This document shows positions 10,353 through 20,597 of a stretch of 40,561 nucleotides of DNA, piece by piece. How positions within the stretch are numbered: the stretch's first letter is position 1; every line of letters starts with the position of its first letter. This DNA is from Pelomyxa schiedti (lineage: Eukaryota > Protista > Evosea). Position numbers and translations under genes: made by a program. The notes under the pieces are model-generated. The model saw only the letters and a list, made by a program, of their open reading frames with translations, was not told where the DNA came from and did not search any database. Location of the stretch: NCBI GenBank assembly GCA_020536535.1, contig JAHLWZ010000387.1, forward strand, positions 1-40,561, read 5' to 3'.

Positions 10353-12867
10353 TTATTCATCGGTTATGTCAACAACAAGACTGTTGATTGGGATGTGAGT
10401 TGGGAGAAGACCCAAAACTGAAGAAGAGACCTGCTGACAACACAACTTGGTAATAATAATTTCGCGGATCGGGTAAAATAAACTGCCTGCCAATATATAT
10501 CATACAATCATCCACCACACTCGACGTGGTGTGAATCGCAGATGACCACATGATCACACATGGGAGTGTTACTATTATTTTCTCTGTGTGCGATATATTA
10601 GAACACACGGAATTCAACGGGAAAAGGGAGCCATACCCTCTCATGATAGCGGCGGCATTCCTCGATTCCAGCGAAACTATTTTGAATTGATGATCAAGCC
10701 ATATATGGTGAGTCAATACAGCAGCATATTCGGAGTTTCAGCACAGCAGAAATTACGGACTTTGAGCACGTGTGGGATGGTCGATGGTGTTACATGTTGG
10801 GGTGGTATTACAAATGCAAGTGCGGGTCTCTACAAGGTGGTCCCCACCAGCCTGGGGATCCACACTGCTGCTGGTGGCTGCTGCTGGTGGCTGCTGCTGT
10901 GGCTGCGGGGGAATGTTGGGCCACAAAGAGGACAAAGGCGAGGACGAGGGCCGCCACGTGGCCGGGGAGACTGGCGCAGCAGCTGCAGGATCAACGGCAT
11001 CAGCCATTTGGGCGTCGCGCTGTTGGGCAATCAGTCGCAGCAACCAGGCAGGCTGAACAGGCCCAGCAGGGCGTGGTGGCTGCGGGGGCGGCGTCGGGGG
11101 GTCTATGGCGGGCAACAAAGCTGCTGGTTGTGACGGTGGTACCCCAAACGGGAACCAACCAACGCCAGGTACACTAACACCAACAGCAGCAGCAGCAGCA
11201 GGCTGAACAGGCCGAGCAGGGCGTGGTGGCTGCGGGGGCGGCGGTACTCCAAACGGGAACCAGCCAACGCCAGGTACACTAACACCAACACCAACAGCAG
11301 CAGGCTGAACAGGCTGAGCAGGGCGTGGTGGCTGCGGGGGCGGTGGTACTCCAAACGGGAACCAGCCAACGCCAGGTACACTAACACCAACAGCATCACC
11401 AGCAGCAGCGGTACTAGTACTAGTGGTGCCAGTCCCCGGGGGCTGTTGCTGCTGCTGTGGGGTGCCACTACTGGTAATCCGTGGTTGTGAAGGCAGCGTA
11501 GGCATCATCATTATGGGAGCGGCGTCAGCAGAAGCAGAAGCAGAAGCAGCAGGAGATGATGTCACGTGGGTCTGCGGCTGTGACTGTGACTGTGACTGTG
11601 ACTGTGACTGTGACTGTGACGGGCCCTGCGCATCCCAGTCCCAGTCAAGCGACCCTGGTCTCACAGGGCGGGTCCACGACGTCGTCGTTGTCCCATCAGT
11701 ACTTGTAGTCACAGCCGCGGCGGCGGGGGTCGTTGTCGTACTTGGTGCCTGTGCCTGCGACGGCGGGTGCTGCACTCCCCAGTCCCAGTCGAGCGCCCCG
11801 GGCAGCGTGGGGCGGGTCCAAGTAGGGGTCGGGGTCGCGCTGCTGCTGTCGCTGAGGCCATCACCGCCGTCTGCTGGAGGGGCTGCACTGGGAGTGTGTC
11901 GTGGGGCGGGCGACGGCGAGGCGGAGGAGGACGAGGGCGAGGATGATGGGCGACGTAGCAGGGGGCTCGGCGGCGACGCGGCACGAGAATGATCGTCGGT
12001 AGCAGCAGCATCAGGGAGCAGGGCGGCACCTGTTGTGGCAGCGGCAGCCGCAGGAGCGAGGCGTGGGCGGGCCACGATGCGGGAGAAAAGCGTCCCGTCT
12101 CGTTGGAAATCAAATGCAAAGCAATTCTCGGGCAGAGGTTCACGTGTCGAGCCGGCTGGTCTGTTCAGCTTCGGAACGACGAATGCTACTCTTTGTCCAA
12201 AGACCTGTTGTGGGTATGGATCAGTGGGACTGCAACACGAAGATACAGAAACACCCAAACACAGTCAATTCCACTCACAGCAACACACAAAACACACCCC
12301 GTAAAGCACGTCAGCCACTGCGCCAGCAACCGACTGGGCTGCAACCAAGAACAGAGAGTCGGCCAGCCACGGCGGCACGTAGTCCACGTCGCGCCCCGGG
12401 GCGCAGAACGACTCGTCGTCGGCGGAGACCCAGTAGCAGTCGTCGGGGAGGGCTCGCCACCACCCCGTGCCTGTCCCGCTGCCAACAGCTCCAAACGGGT
12501 GCGACGAGGGGGATGATGGCGACGAGGGCGACGAGAGTGACGGCGAGGAGGATGACCACGAGGAGGAGGAGGAGGAGAAGCCAGCAGCGAGGGGGAGGCT
12601 CGTAGGCGTCGAGGAGCGGGGGCGGGGAGTGTCGAGCACGCGGAGGTGCTGGTCGTCGCCGTGGTCGTGCAAGTCCAGGAGGGGATGCGTGGGCCAGCCA
12701 CCGAGCGGATCACGACGAGGAGCACCGATGTACGAGGAGGGGACGCGTGGCTCGGCTGCGAAGCTGCGCGGGGGGGTGGTCGGCGCGGGAAAGGCGAAGG
12801 CGCGGGCAACTGGGAGGCTCGCGGGGGTGAAACCGCGTCTGGTCGTGGCACTAGTACTCGCGGGCAT
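10353..12867 (-). CDS. Hypothetical Pro/Ser/Ala/Gln-rich protein with internal peptide repeats and a small Cys/His-rich C-terminus (spliced)
   Basis: Exon 1 (MPASTS...DVLYG) splices into the 501-aa ORF (PTDPYPQQ...). Four further short GT-AG introns keep the frame through ISLESRNAAAIMRG, ENNSNTPMCDHVVICDSHH, AVYFTRSAKLLLPSCVVS and LVVDITDE*. The 3' exons are tentative. Confidence 0.55.
11044..11395. repeat. Coding tandem repeat, ~102-105 nt unit, 3 copies plus a partial
   Basis: Unit containing ccaaacgggaacca(a/g)ccaacgccaggtacactaacaccaac recurs at ~11135, 11240 and 11342; it encodes GVSVPGVGWFPFGVPPPPQPPRPAxPVQPA on the minus strand. Confidence 0.92.
11579..11620. repeat. (TGTGAC)7 microsatellite encoding (SQ)n on the minus strand
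   Basis: Seven perfect hexamer copies read directly. Confidence 0.95.
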
Positions 12868-13749
12868 GGCCCGGCTGCAAAAAAACGTTAGTCTCGAGAC
12901 GATGGAAACACGCAAAAATTGTGGGAGAGCTGCTCACCGTACGAGGACGGCAATACCCAAAACAGTGATCGTAACCAAAACGCTTCCTAACGCAAACATT
13001 GCGGTAATACGGTATGCAAGAAACTCAAACTCGAAAAAAAAGCAAAAGTGGTCGTCTCCTTCAAAATTTGACCTTTTAAATCAAAAAAACCAAAAACCAC
13101 AGTTGCACAACGTGAGAATTTACATCCTGATAGATCACTGGCACCACCCCCACCTCAGAACAACCTCCGCATCGTGGAAAGAATCATGCCTCTGCACGGA
13201 GCCCCCAATTGTTCCGGCAGGTAACTCTTCAATCACTGCGCTACTAGACTAAACTCTTACCAGAAATCATCATCAACCCGGCGAACTTAAAATTTAAGTT
13301 GAGCCAGTGCTGCGATACAACTGTAACTATGATGTGGATGCAGAGGCAATTGCATCGCCGGTGAATCACAACAGTTCCAAACGGCCTTTTCCACCCGGCC
13401 GCATTTTCGTTTTACTCTTCGAATCCCACAATCACCCACAAAACAACAACAGCCACCCTGTGGCGAGGTGACCTGTTTCCCCTGCACCACACCAAAGAGA
13501 CAGTAATACCAAAACTTATTGATTTCATTATACTGGGGACACACTCCCAAATTCAGACTTGAGGGCCGTGTGGACCACATCTTTCTACTCTTGCAGGTAT
13601 TAGGAGATTGTTGTTTGGGTGACCAGTACCCAATATCCAATCTGGAAACTATTTCTCTTTTTCGCTTGTGTCATGTCGGCTTTTCGTTTTCGCTATGTGT
13701 GAGTGCAGTGCTTGTTGGTGGCGGATCTACGACAGGGACAGCAACGCAA

Positions 13750-15230
13750 ATGGGCGACACAACTGGCTGCAGTAACTGCGAAGGCGAGGGCGTCCCTCGC
13801 TATGCGGAGATCTCTGTCGCGGTTCAGCCGGATCTCGAGATCCAAGGCTCAAGCGCAAGTGCGGCAGCGATATTGGTGACCAACACAAACACCAGCGGCG
13901 ATGACGCCGTTGACGACCCTGTACATCGCGATGACGGCGACGGCGGCGTTGGCAAACCAACTACAACTACTTCGTCGTTGTGCGGGATGTTGGACAAGGC
14001 ATGCGTTGCTGTGTTCCGGTGCCGATTCGCAGGTGGCGTGAAGGAGGAGTTGTTGGCAGTGTGGAAGATGGCTTGGCCTATCTGCCTCGGCTACGCTCTG
14101 TGGATGCAAATCGGCGTGGTGAACTTGATATTCATGGGTCACGTTGGCCCTAATGAGATGGCTATGCACGGAGCTCTGCTTTGTCCTCTCTGCCTATAGT
14201 GAACGTTAGAACGAGAATGACGAGAAACTATTGGTGTTTGGTTCTGTTCGGAATACATTCTGGTGTTTCTGAGACAGGTCACTTCTCTTTCTTGCTTTAA
14301 GATGCCAAAATTCTCTTAGGATCCAGAGATCTCTGCTGCAGCTGCAAGATTCATGAAGATAATCAGTCCGTCATTGTTTCCCTTTTTCTTGTACGAATCC
14401 ACCGAGAGAACTCTTCAGTGCCAAGGGATAGTTTTCCCAGCCATGGTACCATCTCTTTCTTGGTCGCTCTTCTCCAACACACCTTGCAGATCATTTGTGC
14501 GGCCTCTGTTGTACTTCTGGTGATTCTGCTCTGTTTTTTTGTTTTATATCTTGGGCTTGGCCTCACAGGTAAAGAGGCATACCAATTTTGCATTTAATGG
14601 TTTTCAGGATCCGCCATGTCAATGACAATTGTTTATTTCTTCATGCCTTCCGTTCTCATACCCTACATTCTCATCAGAAAATTGCATCGCCAGTTAAGAT
14701 CCAAATTCCATAGAAACATATAACACCGTACTAGAATGTGGGGAGGATTTTCTCGCGAATGTTTCAAAAATTGGAAGGAATTTTTGTTTTTGGGCCTGCC
14801 TGGCGCCTTCATGACCTGTGCTGAGTGGTGGGCTTTTGAAATCATGACGATTCTTTCCGGTAGGCCTAATTAATTTTTGGACTCTGTTCTAAGATAAAAA
14901 GGTCTTCTTGGCACTGTCTCTCTGGCATCAAACGTTGTAATCATGAACACCTACGGCATCTTTTTCATGGTGTGTCCTTCTTTTCTCCGGTGCAATTTCA
15001 TTAACTGCCGGTTGTCAGATTCCACTTGGAGCCAACTTTCCTACCCGAGCAAGGTGCATAGCACTATCCAGTGGTCTCCTAAACTCAGAATAATGATGAA
15101 GTAGCACTGGTATGACATTCTCCAATACCTATTTCTTTGCCCAACAAATTTGAATGCAGGTTGCCAAGCTGTTGCCCATGTGCGCCCTGTTTCTCACCTC
15201 TGATGGACTCATGAAGCATTCAACATATTT
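13750..15230 (+). pseudogene. MATE-family efflux transporter, internally deleted and probably non-functional
   Basis: MATE motifs EELLAVWKMAWPI...FMGHVG, DPEISAAAARF, WGGFSRECFKNWKEFLFLGLPGAFMTCAEWWAFE, FMIPLG and VAKLLP...DGL are present. The LDTLCxQAYGA segment and the segment between IPLG and ANxPxRAR (normally carrying RVGNxLG) are absent, and similarity stops after DGL. Confidence 0.7.
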
Positions 15231-15740
15231 CCTTGTAATGGGATGGATACCTTACCCTCACACTCAGATTACTCCTTCCCACTTGCCCTTCTCCAAGCCT
15301 TTGCCGCCTCGGTCGTGGCGTCCGAGGTGTTTTGAACCTGCCTGCCCATTTATGTGTCATATAAGCAGGGGCGGGGTTCCCGTGAGAGTGGTGATTATGG
15401 GTGTTGGTGTTGCCCTTGTGCTGCTGGCCAGCATGACGATGAAGGTGGGATCCCTCCGCAACACCCAGACCCAAATTTGGGCTCCACCAGAAAGAAAATC
15501 TTTTCTTTTTCCGCACGCGATTCTTGTACTCGTAACCCAAAAAGAGAAAGAAATCTAAGTTCGGCACCATCGCTTCGTAGACACGCCAAAGCGCACCGAA
15601 CCGCGACGCAAACAAAGCAAGGAGCGCCCCGCAAGCTACACACTTTGGCTCTTTGGAGTGAGGAGGAAGTTGTTTGCTGCTCTGAACAGAGGAGGAGGGC
15701 CGAAGGGTAAGTTTTTGGCTGGGACGGTTGGGGAGGTGGT

Positions 15741-17011
15741 ATGCTGTTGTGCACGTGCCCAGGGGATGGATTCGTGGCGTGGATGACGACGCTCCACACG
15801 TGCGCGTATACGGCGGCCGAGCAGGCCTCGCTGTACCTCGGTTTGATTAACATTGCCATTTGGATCATCGCACAGGTTCGTCCCGTGTTTTTTTGGAAAT
15901 TTCTGTCGGTGTTTTTAGTTTGTGTTAGGACTTTTAAGTTTTTCTTTTTGAATCGCTCTATTCTAACTTGCATCCTGTGGTTCTTTTTGGCAGATGCCTC
16001 AAATTATCACAACGTTCCAGACAGGTGAGTTTCTGTGGGTTTTGTTTCATAAATTAATTTTCGTAAGGTAATGCTGGCGCTCTCTCTTTCACATTTATAT
16101 TCACGTGGCTCGCTGGCGACACTTGCAACTTGTTGGGGTGCTTTTTTACTAAACAGACCGCTGTGCAAACTCTCACAGCTGTCTACTTCTGCTCAATTGA
16201 TGTTGTTATGATCTCACAGTGGTCCTTTTTCACCATCCGCAAGCGGAAACGGGATAAACTTGCAATGTTGAACCCATACTCACGTGGTGACCCCGAATCA
16301 GTACCACAGGAGGAGAGTACCACCATTAACCCCACTGGCGATTCCTACAACTCCACTTCAAACAAACTCCTTGCCAGTGCCACACTTTTATTTATCTTTG
16401 TCACACTGTGCCGGTTCTATACAAGCGAACACACCCAACCAGGGCAACTTTCAACCCCACACACGGGCAGAACCCTGCTGGAGTTTCAGGACACACCACA
16501 GTCACCACTCACCAACCCACTGCCACATCACGAGGAGGGCACAATGTATTCGGCAGCTGAATTCACAACTACTTCTACCACTGCAGTTACCACCACCTTA
16601 TTTAATGGCAGCTCATACTCACTCTCGTCATCCTCATCACCAGACTACTGTAATACTCCTTATGACCTCTCCACAGTAATGAGAGTGCTTGGTGACATTT
16701 GCGCTTGGAGCTCAGGGCTTCTGTACTTCTTTGGCAGGGTTCCTCAGGTGTACCACAATTGGAAGCGGAAGTCAGTGGAGGGTCTATCGCCCATCATGTT
16801 TGCGTGTGCTGTTCTGGCCAACATATGTTACAGCGTGTCAATTCTTCTTCTGCAGCCGGACTGGTCAAGCCCAGAGTTTTGGGAGAGCAAGTTTCCTTAC
16901 CTGTTGGGAAGCTTGTTCACACTTGTGTGGCCTGCCTTCATTCTATGCCAGTTTGCTTACTATGGTTGGTGGCGCAAGAGGAAGTTCGACTACCGGCCTG
17001 TCAATGAATAA
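15741..17011 (+). CDS. PQ-loop repeat lysosomal/vacuolar amino-acid transporter (PQLC2/YPQ-like), 3 exons
   Basis: Two PQ motifs, IWIIAQ|MPQIITTF...ALSFTFIFTWLAGDTCNLLG and LYFFGRVPQVYHNWKRKSVEGLSPIMF, plus multiple TM segments. Confidence 0.9.
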
Positions 17012-17591
17012 AGGCAAAAGAATTTATTGTTCAGAACAGTAGTAACTACTACAAAAAATACAGGGGTCCAACCCCTGGACCAGGACGGTCATACAACCAT
17101 TTAAAGTTGGCAAGTCCCCTGCTTCTCTCAAGCTCGGGCCTGCGGGCGCCCAACCCATTCGCGGCAGGTTGCAGCCAAATGTTCTATCTGTTCACCTGAA
17201 GGGCTGTAAATTGTTCCGAGCTTTTTCCTTGTTCAACAACAAACACTTCACATAATTAAGAGATGGGCGGGTACTTCAGTAGCAGTACAACGGACACGCC
17301 GAACGTACCCTCACAGGAGCAGCCACAGCAACGAGAACGACCACTACGCTGTGACCTCGTGAGGAAAACAAACCCGGTGGCACCACGGTCGCCCGCATCA
17401 TCCGACGACGTGACCGAGCTGCGGGTCGCGGTGGTGGGATACTCGTGGCGGTTCCTCAGCGACCCAGTGTTTTTGGCTATGAGCAAGGAATCGGCGGGCC
17501 GGCAGCCCTTCAACGCCGGCGGCATTTCGCCCCTGGTTGTGACTTGCAAGGGCCCCCCCGACCCTGAGCCGGACTATTACAGCGGCCCCGT
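16966..17591 (+). repeat. Copy 2 of the duplication shared with 1-596
   Basis: Direct sequence match at offsets 16965 and 16995. Confidence 0.95.
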
Positions 17592-18475
17592 TGTAACTTA
17601 TGAGTGGCTGGGGCTGTATGATAAGGAAACCGAAACCAGACGCCATCAGAAGCTCTGGGATTACTGCTGTGTGCACGTTTTTTTCCTCCCTTCCTTCCTT
17701 CTTACTTGCTCGACTCGCCACACAAAGTTATTCACCACTGATTTTACCATACATTATAGTGGACGAAATGCACTGGCCACTTAGGGCCATTCCAACAGAG
17801 GAACCACCAGACAATGTGTACCTCACAAAACTGGATGCCTTGAACCATGAGGCCTTTGTGTTCTGGTACGAGGAAGGAAACATAAAGAGCTGGACATTCC
17901 TCAAGAACACTCTGGAATACACGGTACTGCCACAGAGGCAACAGGTTCGCTTTTGTCCGTTTTAAGTCAATCCACCCATCTCACACTTCCTCATTCATCC
18001 ACGATCCACATCAGAACGTAACGCGCCGTGAGCACAAATGCTCGTATGGTGACATTAGCATTATCGACGAAGGCTGGCAGGACTCCAACCATGTGTCCAT
18101 CTCCCAAGTGCCAATGGTGATTGTAAGTGTCCGATGTGCTCCGATGGCTGCTGCATACAAATACACCCCGATGACTGCACCACCACCGGAGGGTGTTATC
18201 AAAGAGGCCAGAGACTGTGCCAAGGCTCTTGACTGCCCATTCTTTGAGGTGTGTCCGTGTCAATGACTGACATACTTCCACAAACAAACTGGCAACGCTC
18301 ACACAGTCATTCACTGCAGGTTGACCTTGCCGACCGCGACGGGGCCATAGGTGCCTTCCGCGCACTATTCACAGAGTGCAAGCGGCTGGGATTCACAAAG
18401 TCAGGCAGGCTTGCTAACGCCACTGCCGATTGGGAAATAGAGGCCATCACTGGCGAAGCTCCACAGTGGTCGTGA
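17263..18475 (+). CDS. Degenerate Ras-superfamily (pseudo-)GTPase with N-myristoylation motif, spliced
   Basis: MGGYFS start (MGxxxS). GTPase-fold segments LRVAVVG, EAFVFWYEEGNIKSW, VPMVIVSVRC and EARDCAKALDCPFFEV...AFRALF are recognisable, but the GxxxxGK[ST], DxxG and NKxD motifs are not. Confidence 0.6.
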
Positions 18476-18557
18476 ATCAACTATCATTATCCTCAAAGCA
18501 AATCGTGTCCTTTTTTTTTTTTTTTCCCCTGTTGAGTGTTAGACTGCCAGACAGACA

Positions 18558-20229
18558 TCATGATAAGGTTGAAGCTAGTTTGTATTTTGCCCATGTGGGT
18601 GGTGATGCGTGCACCCAAGGAAAGTCATGCCTTGATTGAAGCCACTCCACAACACACTCGGAACCCCAGAAGGGATCCTCATAACCTGGAACACTCATCC
18701 CGAGTGTGCAGCACACAATCCCGCCAACAACAACTGTTGTCCTCCTTCCTCCCACCTCATCAGTGTTGGATTGCACCACGATGTTGTACACACAGTCAAT
18801 GTTTGGATCCATGTGGTACGGCTCGCCAAGAACCGTTGGGAGGCACCACTTGTTGTTGTGCAGTATTGGGTGGTCGGGTGTGATCTCAAGAAGAGAACAA
18901 TTTCTGTCACTCGGTGATGCCACTACACTGATAATGAGTGTTGGCTTCACAACTGGGCACCTGCGGCGATGTGAGGAAGAATTAGAATTATTACTATTGC
19001 GTACTTCCAAATGCAACACACAGTGGCAGTGGAGGTGATTTGGGTTTCATTGCATTTTAGTTTGACAACAGAAGAAGCAACGGAATCACCCACTTCGAGG
19101 TCTTTCATGCAACATTCCTTGTTGTTTGCCAGTAAAATGGTGGAGTGTGCCCCAAAACATACAATCTCGGTCTAAATATTGTAAGAACTCCAAAAGGATA
19201 CATAGGGGCGACACTCTTGAAGGCAGGAGCATCCCAAATTGGAAAACATCTCGTTGGATCCCACAGGAAAGAGGACTTCTGCCATCCAATTCCTCGGGAA
19301 AAGCCAGGGTAAGTCCAAGAGCCGTTTTGTGCATTCGTCCACAATGGTTCGGTCTTGGCCAAGTTATACAATGGCTTGCATGTGCGTGAAATTCTTATCA
19401 AGGAAACAAAGTCGAGGTATTCCAGAGTGAGCTTCAAAGCTTGGATATCCAGTGTTCGCAATGTACTGAATAAGAAATAAGCGAAACATCGGTAATATAA
19501 CCTGTACCTAATTACTGGCTGTGAGTCGAGTCCCTTGTGACTGCTTTTAGAAAAAAAACTAAAATTGAAACTGAAGAATCGGGGCGGTTTCGGCTTTGTA
19601 CCAATCGGGTCTACAAATAAACCAGCTCTTCCGACACTCTCAAAGAGGAACTCAAGTCCAATTTGTAACTTGGAGCTTGTTAGTAGTTTCAGTGAATTGT
19701 ATACGGGAAAAAGAAGCAACCTGCACTGGAAGTAACCATATGACTCTGTTTTTATTGCTGCAGCAACTCCGCTATGAAATGCAACCTAACGGAGATTTTT
19801 TACTTGTAGCATTTCTTTCAAGTGCATTCACCTCTCGATGTATCTCAGAAAGAAGATCCATTTGCAGTCCCACAAGAAGAACAATGACCTTTATGAATAA
19901 AACAAGGGAAACAGAAGGAGAGATACATGAGGTGATGCTTCTCTCAAAGCAGGGAAGAAGTCGTCGAACACCGAATCAAAAGACTGTGCATCAGCAAGTG
20001 AGAAGCAAAGAAGAACAATGTTGATGTAATCAAAGCTGAATGGTGTTCAAAACGAGATTTCTTGTACTGGAATGTTACTAAATGTCTTTCATTGCTGTGA
20101 ACATTTCTAATCCTCCACTACCAATAATAGAGTGTTATCTTATCCTGAATGGTAACTTTGGACTAAGATTCACCTTTCATGCAACTCCAACTGCACAATG
20201 GTACCATAGACAGTTACCTGCTTGCTCAT

Positions 20230-20261
<32 letters not shown>

Positions 20262-20516
20262 AGTCAAATAATAAGTGCTCTAAACACACGTCTGATACGA
20301 GGGTGCCAGAGAACTCTTCATTAAAATGCTCATCTATCCACCTGTCATAGATTGTGTAACTTGAGAAAAAACAAGCGCTCTGGCACCAACATTCCAAAAG
20401 TGAAAGACAACACACGTTCGTATGAGTTTTGTTTTGCCCACGTTATTAGGACCGCACACCAACACTCTCCCTATCCTCGGTGATACAGCCCCACTCAATG
20501 ACGACGTTGTCATCAT
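18558..20516 (-). CDS. Ras-like GTPase + F-box + Vint-type Hint domain fusion, paralog B (spliced)
   Basis: G1 GPNNVGKT; G3 region ES-GGLEMFTAMKDIY; LLCFSL; G4 GLQMD; G5 CSSK; F-box LDIQALKLTLEYLDFVSLIRISRTCKPLYNLAKTEPLW; Hint CFGAHSTILLANNKECCMKDLEVGDSV (Cys codon 19157-19159), ITPDHPI, VYNIVV and VGGIVCCTLG. Confidence 0.8.
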
Positions 20517-20597
20517 TGTGGGAGTTGTGTAACCGCCGGTTGTGCGGGCGGCGAAAGGAGAAGAAAACACAAGCGTTCCGGAAGAAGCCTTTATTGT

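Noticed and set aside
11044-11395. Regularly spaced repeats resembling a CRISPR array
   Set aside because: The intervening sequences are also repeated, units are multiples of 3 within an ORF, the context is eukaryotic and there are no cas genes.
11423-11992. Plus-strand ORF with (CD)n and poly-Cys, suggesting a metal-binding protein
   Set aside because: Antisense shadow of the (SQ)n and poly-Gln tracts of the minus-strand gene.
19173-19202. Perfect U12-type donor GTATCCTTT on the minus strand inside paralog B
   Set aside because: Using it gives a 30-nt intron that breaks the frame into the Hint domain. A GT 11 nt upstream gives an in-frame 41-nt intron at about the same position as in paralog A.
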